A stretch of 64,000 bases of DNA from positions 1 to 64,000 of the forward strand of contig JAHPZH010000007.1 of NCBI GenBank assembly GCA_019058315.1, written 5' to 3'. The notes below the pieces were generated by a model. It worked only from the letters and a program-made list of their open reading frames with translations. It searched no databases and had not been told where the DNA came from. Made by a program: the position numbers and the translations under genes. This stretch comes from Candidatus Helarchaeota archaeon (GTDB lineage Archaea > Asgardarchaeota > Lokiarchaeia > Helarchaeales > RDOG01). Shown here in pieces: positions 11,133-21,000 of the stretch (position 1 is its first letter; every line of letters begins with the position of its first letter).

Positions 11133-11645
11133 TTATACTGTTACTTTCTTGATAATTTCACTAGCAAATTTCTTTGCTGCTGCTATATCATCTTCATTTG
11201 GATGTCCATCAGATGCCTTTCTCGCTTTTGCGGCATATTCTGCATCCATCTTTTTGATCATTTCTTTAATTTGTGGTGTTTGTTCTCCCTGTGAGTCAAA
11301 GTAGCCTAATACATTAGCACCTTTTTTTTCTAGTTTTTTGCCAAATTTCCTAAATCCTGTTTCCCAGAATTGGCCAAATTTTTTAGGAGCCGCGTGCGTA
11401 CAGAATAAAACAATCCGCGTTGTTAATTCAGGAAGTCCTTTTAAAATTTTATTATAGATTCCTGCAAATCCATTTGTAATGATGGGTGAACCTAAAAACA
11501 CGAGATCATAATCATTTACCTTTGTAAAATCTACGTCTTTCACTGGACTAATTTTTTTATCATCTGATTCAATTCCATCAAATAATGCTTTCGCGATTTT
11601 TTCTGTATTCCCAGATTGGGTGTAATATACAACTAATACCTTCAT
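11133..11645 (-). CDS. Flavodoxin family protein
   Basis: YYTQSGNTEKIA FMN-binding loop; GHP near C-terminus. Confidence 0.88.
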   Translation of the reverse strand: MKVLVVYYTQSGNTEKIAKALFDGIESDDKKISPVKDVDFTKVNDYDLVFLGSPIITNGFAGIYNKILKGLPELTTRIVLFCTHAAPKKFGQFWETGFRKFGKKLEKKGANVLGYFDSQGEQTPQIKEMIKKMDAEYAAKARKASDGHPNEDDIAAAKKFASEIIKKVTV

Positions 11646-11844
11646 TTTATTTCCTCAAATAGAATAAATTTCAACAATTTCTTAGATTTGAATTTTTAAA
11701 ATAAAGATTACACACTAAAAAAGTTATTTATATTGTGAAATACTCAAATAATACTTTCATTTATTTTATTCGAATAATAGAAATGATTGTACTTATAGTG
11801 GATAAGTACAAGCACTTAAAAATTAGTATTAACTGAATAAAATA

Positions 11845-12585
11845 ATGACAACTGTTAATACTTTGCCAACAACTTGTCCCAAATGTAATAAAAGGTTCAA
11901 AGCCACAATAACCTTTTCTTGTGGATATAAGAGAATAACCACAGATCTAAGACCCCTTTTTTGGGGTATGAATCCTATGCCAAATAGGGTTATTAGATGT
12001 CCATTTTGTTCATTTGCCGATTTTGTAAATGGTTTCATCTTTGATCCACCTCCGGAAACTATGGAGGATTATCAGGAGCTATATAAAAGACGTAGGGAAG
12101 AATTAAAGAGTCTTAAAAAAAGTTCGGTTACAAATGGAGCATCTGAACGGTTTGATATTGCCTTAAGATATGAAAAAGAAGGACAACCTCCTGAAATAGT
12201 AGCACAAATTTTTAAAGAGGGGGTTGATGCAATCCGTATGAGTGTTGGATATCCATATGTATCTACTTTACCCCCAAATTTAAAAGCCCCAACTCCAGAA
12301 ATGGATATTCTCTGTGCTCAAAAATGCGCTCATGCTTTTGAATCCAGTCCCAACAATATTGCTTTTGCTTATATCACAGCTGAACATTATAGACTCGCTG
12401 GTGAATTTGATCTGGCTAAAAAATGGTATCAAATTTATAAAGATGCTGTTAAAAATATAGAAGAACCACCTGTGGCTTTAAAATTAGTGAACCGTGTAGA
12501 AAATGAGGCACTCAAAGGTAATTCTGAGGAATTACTGATTGAAGAAGAGATGGCTTCAATTTTCATAAGAGGATTGAATCTCTAA
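11845..12585 (+). CDS. Zn-ribbon plus helical protein (DUF2225-like)
   Basis: CPKC...TDLRP...CPFC; C-terminal TPR-like helix AEHYRLAGEFDLAKKWY. Confidence 0.6.
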   Translation: MTTVNTLPTTCPKCNKRFKATITFSCGYKRITTDLRPLFWGMNPMPNRVIRCPFCSFADFVNGFIFDPPPETMEDYQELYKRRREELKSLKKSSVTNGASERFDIALRYEKEGQPPEIVAQIFKEGVDAIRMSVGYPYVSTLPPNLKAPTPEMDILCAQKCAHAFESSPNNIAFAYITAEHYRLAGEFDLAKKWYQIYKDAVKNIEEPPVALKLVNRVENEALKGNSEELLIEEEMASIFIRGLNL

Positions 12586-12807
12586 GGACTGTTTAAGCGA
12601 AAAGGAGCATAATTGCTTAATTACCACTGAAAACATATTTTATTTTTTTTGAAAAGATATACTATGAAGTATACTGCTTATTCCAGTTAAATTTATTAAA
12701 AAAATCTAAAAAATCAATAAATCTAAAATGGATGGATGAATTAATTAAATCATTATATTCCTATAATTAACATTACAAATCATAAAAAATGCCAAAAAAG
12801 ATGAATT

Positions 12808-13602
12808 ATGATGATAAAATACTGGCAATATACGTTTGATTTTATCTCTAATCAATTCGCCGGTCTTGGAAGCTTTTTAGAACCAATGAATTTAATTTTT
12901 ACCTTTGTATATCTATTAGCAGGGGTTTTTTTAATCGCTTTGCTTTTTAGACTATATAAAAATTATAAACAGACAGAATCAGTTGAAATTTTATTATTCT
13001 TTCTAGGATTATTACTTCTGTTAATATCTAACATCATTTTTATCTTTAGAAGACTTACTTATGCATCTTTAGGATTATGGGGGCTTGGAGATTTATTAAC
13101 AATAATCCTCCAATTTCCATCTGAACTTGGGGTTTTATTAATTAACTCGTTTGCAATTCGTGCGACATTTCCAAAACGTTCAAAAATCGTCTTTTCTTCT
13201 GTCCTAACAATAATTGTTATTAAATGGATTGTTGAAAGTTGGGCAATTATGATAGGTCCACCATTATATGATGTAATCAACTTTGATATTGTATATTCTT
13301 TGGAGTATTCTTTGATTAGGTTGATATTTCTATTACCAATATACATCATACCCCCAGGTGTTTTCTTTTATTCTTCTAAAGTAATTCGGGAAGAAAGTAA
13401 ACCTAAAAGTACTAGGGCAATGTGGTTGGGAATTGGAATGTTATGTTTTGCAGTGCCATTTCTTACAGTCCCTATTGCTGTTATAATTATTGGATACGTC
13501 TTTAGAATCGTTGAAATACTCGTAGTCTTTGCTCCAATCATTTTCTATATCTGTTTTACCATGCCGGATTGGTTCAAACGTAGAATTGGTTGGACTAGCT
13601 AA
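12808..13602 (+). CDS. Polytopic membrane protein (~7 TM)
   Basis: About seven hydrophobic segments; C-terminal MPDWFKRRI. Confidence 0.7.
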   Translation: MMIKYWQYTFDFISNQFAGLGSFLEPMNLIFTFVYLLAGVFLIALLFRLYKNYKQTESVEILLFFLGLLLLLISNIIFIFRRLTYASLGLWGLGDLLTIILQFPSELGVLLINSFAIRATFPKRSKIVFSSVLTIIVIKWIVESWAIMIGPPLYDVINFDIVYSLEYSLIRLIFLLPIYIIPPGVFFYSSKVIREESKPKSTRAMWLGIGMLCFAVPFLTVPIAVIIIGYVFRIVEILVVFAPIIFYICFTMPDWFKRRIGWTS

Positions 13603-13633
13603 AATTTTTTACTTTTTTTTTAAATTAATGATT

Positions 13634-15100
13634 TTAAATTACATCAAACAAGCCGCTGACTTTACTAGTAATAGTGCTCTTTAATTTACTTGAAATATCA
13701 GTATTATAATAAATTTCAGACAATTTTTTAATGATTGGAATCTCTGCTCGATCAATTGTTATGTCATGAGCAACTTTCATTAATTTTATTAAATCATCTT
13801 CTGATATTTCTTCAACCTTTTCAATCTCTTTTAGAATGGTATCTGTATGAAGGATTAACTTTTCAAATTCTGAATAGGTATCTAATATTTGTAAATTTTC
13901 ATCCTTGTTTGATAAAATCTTTTTAAACAAGTTAAATTCGAAATTAAATGTTTCTCTATCCTCATAAGGATCAATGGCAATATTTGAATCAAAGTCAATT
14001 ATTAAAAAATCTTTATATTTACTATTATTCTTCTCCAACTCTTCTAGATCAATACTAAAAATATTTTCTTGATAATGTAAATCACCAAAGATTTTTTTAA
14101 GGAATTCTGTTATATGCTTCACAATTTCCTTTTCTGCTATGAAAGCAATTGAAAATTTGAAAAAAATAGCATGAAAGATATTGAAAAATAGATCTTGACC
14201 AAAAAAAGAAATTAAATTTCTAATTGAAAGATTATTTAAATCCAATTTATCTGTTCTTTCTTGTAATTGTTCAATTTCTTTAGTTTTAATCTTCAATTTT
14301 TTGTCAATTACAGCTAAACAAGTATGATCACATTCTTCTGGAAAGAATTGAACTCGAATTTTGTCCCCAAATTTATCTAGAATTATTTTTGGTATGAATA
14401 AATAAACTGAATTCTTACAATCAGTGCATTGCATGCTGATGTATTCGCAATCCTCAAAATCGATAATTTTTTTTGTATAAAAATTAAACATCCAATCTAA
14501 AATTTGAGTATCTGTAATATCTACACTTTTTTTAAGTTCAGTCAAATTATGCGTTCCATCACACATTCTTAAAACTTGAGCTTCCTCCAAACTAAATTTT
14601 TCTTTTTCCTTAAGCTTCCTTTTCAGAATTGGCTTTATTTTAGTAAATGTCCTCTCTTTTCTTGAAATAATAGGAATTTCTATTTCTTTTGGGGGAACCT
14701 CCAGAATGATGGGAGTTTCTTCAACCTGCTCTTGTGTATCATTAATACCAGTTGCTACTGAATTCTCAAGAGGTTCGATATAATTGTTCATGATGCTTTT
14801 AAAAGTAAGTAATTGCCCAATTTTACCCATTGGATTATACAAGACAGTAATACTATTGTCAGTGGTTTTAAAAAAGATGATGTTTTGACTAGAAAGAGGT
14901 ATGCTATGATCCCCAGTCTTAAGATATTTAAAATTGTTTTTTATGAAATCTTGAATAAAATTTTTGTATTCTTCAAATATAGAATCTGAAGCAATAAAAT
15001 TCCCATCAGAATCCGTAATTGTAATATAAACCCTTACTCCAAGTAATTCCCCCAACTTTTGAGTTATTTTCTTAACTATATCATAAACTGGATTACTCAT
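13634..15100 (-). CDS. Hypothetical multidomain protein (longin-like N-terminus, Cys cluster, possible DENN-like C-terminal part)
   Basis: Long ORF; CTDC...CDH; LFFNIFHAIFFKFSIAFI segment; domain call is weak. Confidence 0.55.
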   Translation of the reverse strand: MSNPVYDIVKKITQKLGELLGVRVYITITDSDGNFIASDSIFEEYKNFIQDFIKNNFKYLKTGDHSIPLSSQNIIFFKTTDNSITVLYNPMGKIGQLLTFKSIMNNYIEPLENSVATGINDTQEQVEETPIILEVPPKEIEIPIISRKERTFTKIKPILKRKLKEKEKFSLEEAQVLRMCDGTHNLTELKKSVDITDTQILDWMFNFYTKKIIDFEDCEYISMQCTDCKNSVYLFIPKIILDKFGDKIRVQFFPEECDHTCLAVIDKKLKIKTKEIEQLQERTDKLDLNNLSIRNLISFFGQDLFFNIFHAIFFKFSIAFIAEKEIVKHITEFLKKIFGDLHYQENIFSIDLEELEKNNSKYKDFLIIDFDSNIAIDPYEDRETFNFEFNLFKKILSNKDENLQILDTYSEFEKLILHTDTILKEIEKVEEISEDDLIKLMKVAHDITIDRAEIPIIKKLSEIYYNTDISSKLKSTITSKVSGLFDVI

Positions 15101-15210
15101 TTTTCAAGCATCCAATAGATAACAAAAATTTACTAATTAATAGGAAGTCTATATATGATATATGCAAAGGGTGTTATTTTAATGTTTAACTAATTATCCT
15201 TTATTTTTTG

Positions 15211-16233
15211 TTAAAAATCCAAATCCTCCAATTTCGCTTCGATTTCCAGACCTGCATGATGCCCTTTATCTTTAAACAATAATTTATTCCTTTTACCTCT
15301 TTTATAAAACGCCAATTTCACTTCAGATGTCAAGCTTTCCATTATACGTCCTTTCATTTCTCCCAGAGTAGGTGATTTTAATACTCCGGCTTCCTCAATT
15401 GGGGCTTTTCGTCCCTTATCGTGTATCTTTTTTGCGTCAAAAACTACAATGTGTTTTCTATCAGCAATTACTGCCCTAACCCTATTAGGATCGATTTTTA
15501 AACTATGAATTTTTGCACCAGTGTATGTAGTAAAAGTATAAATCTTCCCCTTATACCATAAAACGATTAAAAATCCAGTAAAATGCATTCCAAGAAAAGG
15601 AATTTTTGCTATTGATGCCATGAATGAAATTGGTTCAGTTTCAAAATGATTAGTTTGAATCCAGATATATCCGGAAGGAAAAGACTTTCCCCAATCTTTC
15701 TCAATATAACCAAGACCATTTGTAAAATCAATTTCCCTATTATTTATCGTTAATTTACCAACGATATTATGATTCATGGATAACATTCCGTGATAACATT
15801 CCATGATTGGAATGAACGTAAAAAAACCCATGACACCTGGAGCTAATAAACTCTTGGGCCAAGGTTGAATATTTTTGAAATGCAGTTCTCCATCCACATC
15901 ATGTCCATCTTGATGGATGTGAATCTCGATTTTGTTGAGAGAAAAATAACTCTTTCCAATTCTTACTTCAAAATCCTCTGAAGACGCCCAAAATTCCCTT
16001 AATGGATATTCAAAATAAAATGGCTCTCCGGTCCTGCCATCAAGCATTTGAATAAAGCAATGACTGCTTTTGTTCTTTTTATCTAGGGATACACCAGGAA
16101 TAAAAGCATAAAAATTCTCTTCTTTTTGATCAATTAACTTAAAATACCATCCCTCAAAGTATTGCTTCTTCTTCAAATCACCTTGAAACATCGGAGGATT
16201 TAAAATCTTTTTTAAATTCACCAAATTCACCAA
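15211..16233 (-). CDS. Tocopherol cyclase-like protein
   Basis: YFEGWYFK and GYIEKDWGKSFP motifs. Confidence 0.85.
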   Translation of the reverse strand: MVNLVNLKKILNPPMFQGDLKKKQYFEGWYFKLIDQKEENFYAFIPGVSLDKKNKSSHCFIQMLDGRTGEPFYFEYPLREFWASSEDFEVRIGKSYFSLNKIEIHIHQDGHDVDGELHFKNIQPWPKSLLAPGVMGFFTFIPIMECYHGMLSMNHNIVGKLTINNREIDFTNGLGYIEKDWGKSFPSGYIWIQTNHFETEPISFMASIAKIPFLGMHFTGFLIVLWYKGKIYTFTTYTGAKIHSLKIDPNRVRAVIADRKHIVVFDAKKIHDKGRKAPIEEAGVLKSPTLGEMKGRIMESLTSEVKLAFYKRGKRNKLLFKDKGHHAGLEIEAKLEDLDF

Positions 16234-16527
16234 TTATTATCTAAATTCTGCTTAAGTCTAAATATAATTTGTATAATTTAAATAAAAGGTTAAATTGATT
16301 TTACATTTGAAGGATTTTTAAAAATATCAAAAAATTGATAATTCAATTAAAATCTCAGAGAAAAAATATTAATCTGCCCACATTGAAAGTTGTGGGCTCA
16401 AATCTAAATAATCAAATCATTGAAAAGATTTTCGACAAAATTAATCTATTAAATATATTTAAATACAATGATTATAGAAAAATTCTTTGATAGCAACTTA
16501 AATTTTTTAAAAATCTTCTAATAAGGG

Positions 16528-18552
16528 GTGCAAACAATTAGTTCTCTAGATACAAATAATTATCAGAATGATATCATAAAAATTTTAATGCAAGTTTTCA
16601 ATGAAAAAGAAGTTAATAAAAAAATTAAACTCTTAAATAAAACAATTGAATCTATAAATAAGAAGATAGTAAACACCAAAAATAAAGAAAAAAAGGAATT
16701 AGAAGGAATACTTGGAACCATTTACATATATAAAATTGATATTCATGCATATAAAACAAGAAATGAATTATTAAACAAAAATTTTGAAACAGCTGAAAAA
16801 GAATATCAATTTCTCAATACTACTTTTCAAAATTTAAAAAAAATTGAGGTAATAAAAGAAGAAGAGAAATTATATAAAACAATTATATTATTTGAGCAGG
16901 AATTAGAAGCGATTTATAATTATATTTATATAAAGGAACAAGATAGTTCTAAATTATATGCTATAAGAAATGATTTCGTGAATAAACTTCTTGAATTAAT
17001 TAAAGAATATAAAAATCTTAAAGCTATTAAACGAATAATACATTGTTCCAAGATTCTTCAAGAGTATTATATCAATATTGGTGAATTTGATTATGGTTAT
17101 AATTATCTTTTAAATACTGCAGAATATATAATACAACAATCTAAAACAATAAAAGATGAAAAACAAAAAGCTTTATACATTTCTGAATCAGAAGGACTTT
17201 TAGGAAAGGCTAATTTTGATCATGCAAATTATTTACTTAATAAAGGTAACACAATTAAAGGATTGGATTATTTTAAAAAGAGCAAGACTCATTTTAATAA
17301 TGCTACCATTGGGGTAGATGCTATAAATAAAATTATTTATGATAATTTAGTAATTATTTGTGATAAACTAATAAAATTCATATCAGCAATTCTAAATTTT
17401 GAATCTGACCCCGAAAATGTAAAAAAAGAAATAGAGAATTTCTTTAATACGTTTTTAGATTTCGAAAATATGGATTCCCAGCTTCATGAATATATAAAAG
17501 TTGGAAATCTCACATTTAAAAGTATATCTTCAATGTTAGATGCGTTTCAATCAATTGAGCATACCAAGTTCGAATCTGCCGACACCTTCTATAAAAAGGC
17601 TTTAGCTTTTTTAGAACGCGCTGATAATACAGTAATACCAACACAAAAATTAAATTTAAACTATTATAAACATTCATTGGCTATATTATTCAATTTTGAA
17701 AGAGCAAAAAAGCATTTTGAAATAAATAACTTTCCTGAAGCTATAAAAATTTTAGAAAAAATCCCAATTCAAATAAAAGAATTTTTAGATTTTTTTAATT
17801 CACTTCCTTCAACTTCAAAAGAATTATGGAAGGGAATGAAAAATTATTATATAGGTTTAATTCCATTATGTGATGCGATGATAAAACATATTGATGGTTT
17901 TAGTACAATTTTGGAATCAAATGAATTAGCCTTAAAAAATTTTACAATTGCAGATAAAAAATATCAAGAAGCTCTGGAGATTTTTTCGAAAAACATTGAT
18001 TTAAATGATTTGTATCAGGAGAAACTTTCTTTAGACTGCCAAAAATATAAACAACAAGCGTATAATTATAAAAAATTAATTGAGAATAAAATAAAAAAAG
18101 AAGTTATGTTATTTCCAAATATTACTTTTAATTTCATTTCAAATTCAGAATATAAAAAACAATTAATACTTGATTATGAAGAATTAAAAAGATGCTATTA
18201 TTCTAATGCATTTAAGTCAGTATTATTATTATCTGGTAGTATTTTAGAATCCTGTTTAATTGATAATTTAAAACTTGACGAAAAAAATTATTTAGCTAAA
18301 TGTCTTAAATTGTTTCCTCCTAAAAAGCATGAGTCAGCACCCAAAAAAATTGAAAAAATGAAATTATTTCAAATGATAAGAGTAAAGTTTGATGAGTATC
18401 CTTTTCAAGAGAAACTTGCAGATTTAATAAGAGATTTTCGTAACATCATTCACCCAGATGTACAGATTAGGAAAAAGTTAGCATATAAAACAAATAAAAA
18501 TGATGCTAAAGCATTAATTGGGTATTTAATAAATCTTTTAAATAAATTCTAA
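16528..18552 (+). CDS. Alpha-helical (TPR-like) protein with C-terminal HEPN domain
   Basis: EELKRCYYSNAFKSVLLLSGSILE plus RNIIHP (Rx4H-type) at 18439-18456. Confidence 0.7.
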   Translation: MQTISSLDTNNYQNDIIKILMQVFNEKEVNKKIKLLNKTIESINKKIVNTKNKEKKELEGILGTIYIYKIDIHAYKTRNELLNKNFETAEKEYQFLNTTFQNLKKIEVIKEEEKLYKTIILFEQELEAIYNYIYIKEQDSSKLYAIRNDFVNKLLELIKEYKNLKAIKRIIHCSKILQEYYINIGEFDYGYNYLLNTAEYIIQQSKTIKDEKQKALYISESEGLLGKANFDHANYLLNKGNTIKGLDYFKKSKTHFNNATIGVDAINKIIYDNLVIICDKLIKFISAILNFESDPENVKKEIENFFNTFLDFENMDSQLHEYIKVGNLTFKSISSMLDAFQSIEHTKFESADTFYKKALAFLERADNTVIPTQKLNLNYYKHSLAILFNFERAKKHFEINNFPEAIKILEKIPIQIKEFLDFFNSLPSTSKELWKGMKNYYIGLIPLCDAMIKHIDGFSTILESNELALKNFTIADKKYQEALEIFSKNIDLNDLYQEKLSLDCQKYKQQAYNYKKLIENKIKKEVMLFPNITFNFISNSEYKKQLILDYEELKRCYYSNAFKSVLLLSGSILESCLIDNLKLDEKNYLAKCLKLFPPKKHESAPKKIEKMKLFQMIRVKFDEYPFQEKLADLIRDFRNIIHPDVQIRKKLAYKTNKNDAKALIGYLINLLNKF

Positions 18553-18667
18553 GGTTTAAAACTTAGGAAACACTTTCATTATTACTTATAATTGAAAATT
18601 TTTATACATCTTGAAATTTTAGTGTGCTAAAGACTAGACTTCATTTTTAATATATAGGGAGATTCGC

Positions 18668-19642
18668 TTGAGTTATAGAAATATACCCAAAATAGGTTTA
18701 GATAATCTTCCTAGCATAACCAACGAAACCCGCGATATCCTAATAGAACATGGAATAACTGATGTCTATACACTCTATAATACTCCAGACACAAAGCTAA
18801 TTAATATAGGAATTGACACTCTTTTTGCAAAAAATTTGTTGCAAGAAGCATATGAGATTATGAGTAAGTATATATCTACTTTTGAATTGGATGAAGGATT
18901 AAGAAAAAGAATAGCAAAAAAAGATGAAATGACAACAGGTTGCAGGGATCTTGATGATCTATTTGGTGGAGGATTAGTTACTACACAATTATATGAATTT
19001 TATGGTCCTAATAGAGTAGGAAAAACTAAACTTCTTCATCAATTCATTTGTACGGCAGCATTACCAAAAAAATTTGGCGGGCTAGATTCATCCTCGATAT
19101 ATATTGATGCAGAAGGAAGTTTTGCCCCTGAAAGACTTAAAATAATGACTCCTAGGTTTGGTCTAGATTTTGAACAAATCCTAAAAGGAGTAATTAGATT
19201 TCCCATTCATACAGTTAATGAGTTGATTGAGTGTGTGGAAGAAAAACTTTCTCCTATATTAGAAAATTCGAATGTTCGAGTCATCTTGCTTGATAGTATC
19301 ATTACTAATGCTAGAGATGAATTCACTGGAATTAGAAATTTGCCTATTAGACAAGGAGTTTTAGGAAAAATAGCATCTACTTTAAAAAAAACCGCTGAAT
19401 CTTTTAACGCGGTTGTAATAGTAACAAATCAAATAGTTACTGAGTTTTCAAATGGAAGTATAGCTCATGCAGGTGGGAATGTTTTAGGACATGAGTCACA
19501 ATTTCGAGTTGCAATAAATTATGTGCCAGAAAAGCCAGAAATTAGAGAATTTTTTGCAGAAAAAGGTATAGATTTGCCAGAAGAGAAATGTTATCTTAGA
19601 ATTTATCGAAATGGGTTTCAAGATATAAAAGGAGGAATTTAA
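18668..19642 (+). CDS. RadA paralog (Rad51-family recombinase)
   Basis: N-terminal HhH-like region, TTGCRDLDDLFGGG, Walker A GPNRVGKT, YIDAEGSF, LLDS, VTNQ, GGNVLGH. Confidence 0.9.
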   Translation: MSYRNIPKIGLDNLPSITNETRDILIEHGITDVYTLYNTPDTKLINIGIDTLFAKNLLQEAYEIMSKYISTFELDEGLRKRIAKKDEMTTGCRDLDDLFGGGLVTTQLYEFYGPNRVGKTKLLHQFICTAALPKKFGGLDSSSIYIDAEGSFAPERLKIMTPRFGLDFEQILKGVIRFPIHTVNELIECVEEKLSPILENSNVRVILLDSIITNARDEFTGIRNLPIRQGVLGKIASTLKKTAESFNAVVIVTNQIVTEFSNGSIAHAGGNVLGHESQFRVAINYVPEKPEIREFFAEKGIDLPEEKCYLRIYRNGFQDIKGGI

Positions 19643-19702
19643 ATAATTAATAAGCAAATAACTAATACTTAAGAAAAAATTTGTAAAAAGGGGGTATAAC
19701 TT

Positions 19703-20905
19703 TTGAAAATAGAAGATATTAAAGATTCATCGGAAAAGGAACTGGTTCAGAAATTTAAAGACCGATTTAAACTTCAAGATACTGATTTTACAATAAATAA
19801 AAAGGGGATTATAACTAAAATAAAATCTGACAATCCAGAAGCTCATTATGAATTAGGTAATAAATTATCAGATAAAGGGTTATATAAAAAGGCAATTTCA
19901 GCATTTAAAGAAGCTATAAAATTAAATCCAAATTATGCAGAAGCTTATAATAATTTAGGTTTTACTTATGATGAAACAAACAACAAACTAGATGCGATAG
20001 TAGAATATAAAAAAGCTATTAAAGCGAATCCCAAATATTCTGATGCTTTTTTTAATCTAGGGCTCGCTTATAAAGATATTGAAGAGTATGATGAAGCAAA
20101 AGAGGCATTGGAAAATTTTATTAAATTTGCAAAAGAAGAGGACACGAAAGATGTAGAACATGCCCATAAACTCATTATTGAGATTGATAAAATAAATATC
20201 TCTAGTGAAAAAGAAAAAAATCGTCGTGAAAGAGCATACTACACCCCTAATGATATAAAAAAAATAAAAAGTCCTGAAAAAATAAAAAAAATACCAAAAA
20301 GAAAAATAACAAGTAGAATGCCAACTTTCCCTGATGTACAAGATTATTCAATATATGAAAAATACTATTCCAAAAAAAAAGAAGATCAGGAACGAGAAAA
20401 AAATCCAGAACATCATTTTAACTTGGGACATGAATGTCTCAATAGAAGAATGTATCACGAAGCAATAAAACATTATAAAAAAGCTATAAATTTGAAACCC
20501 GATTATTTTGATGCTCTTCATGAGTTAGGTCTAGCATACCACGGCGATAGATGGCATAAAAAAGCAATAAATGTGTTTAGAAAAGCGATAAGTAAAAAAC
20601 CGGATAATAGTTTGGTTCATTACCATATTGGTCTAACATTTTCGGAAATGGGAAAATCAAAAGAAGCAATTAAGGAATTTAAATTCGCAATTAAATTGAG
20701 ACCATTTAATCCATTAATATATTTTAGTCTAGGTCTTGAATATGAGCATATTAGGGATTTGAATAATTGTAAGAATGCTTATAGAGAATTTGTTCGATAC
20801 CCAAGCTCTCAATATCGGGATCTAATTGAACATGCATTGGAAGTGTTAAGATTATTATCAAAAAAAGGAGGAATATATAGAGAATATATAGATTTTAAGC
20901 TGTAA
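19703..20905 (+). CDS. TPR protein (two TPR blocks with a basic linker)
   Basis: AYNNLGFTY...YKKAIKANP-type repeats. Confidence 0.88.
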   Translation: MKIEDIKDSSEKELVQKFKDRFKLQDTDFTINKKGIITKIKSDNPEAHYELGNKLSDKGLYKKAISAFKEAIKLNPNYAEAYNNLGFTYDETNNKLDAIVEYKKAIKANPKYSDAFFNLGLAYKDIEEYDEAKEALENFIKFAKEEDTKDVEHAHKLIIEIDKINISSEKEKNRRERAYYTPNDIKKIKSPEKIKKIPKRKITSRMPTFPDVQDYSIYEKYYSKKKEDQEREKNPEHHFNLGHECLNRRMYHEAIKHYKKAINLKPDYFDALHELGLAYHGDRWHKKAINVFRKAISKKPDNSLVHYHIGLTFSEMGKSKEAIKEFKFAIKLRPFNPLIYFSLGLEYEHIRDLNNCKNAYREFVRYPSSQYRDLIEHALEVLRLLSKKGGIYREYIDFKL

Positions 20906-21000
20906 AAAATTTTTTAATTAAATAAGATGATATCATATTCGATCTGAATTTATTCGACTCCAGTAGACGATAATAAATATTATGGGGAACGTGAAATTAA

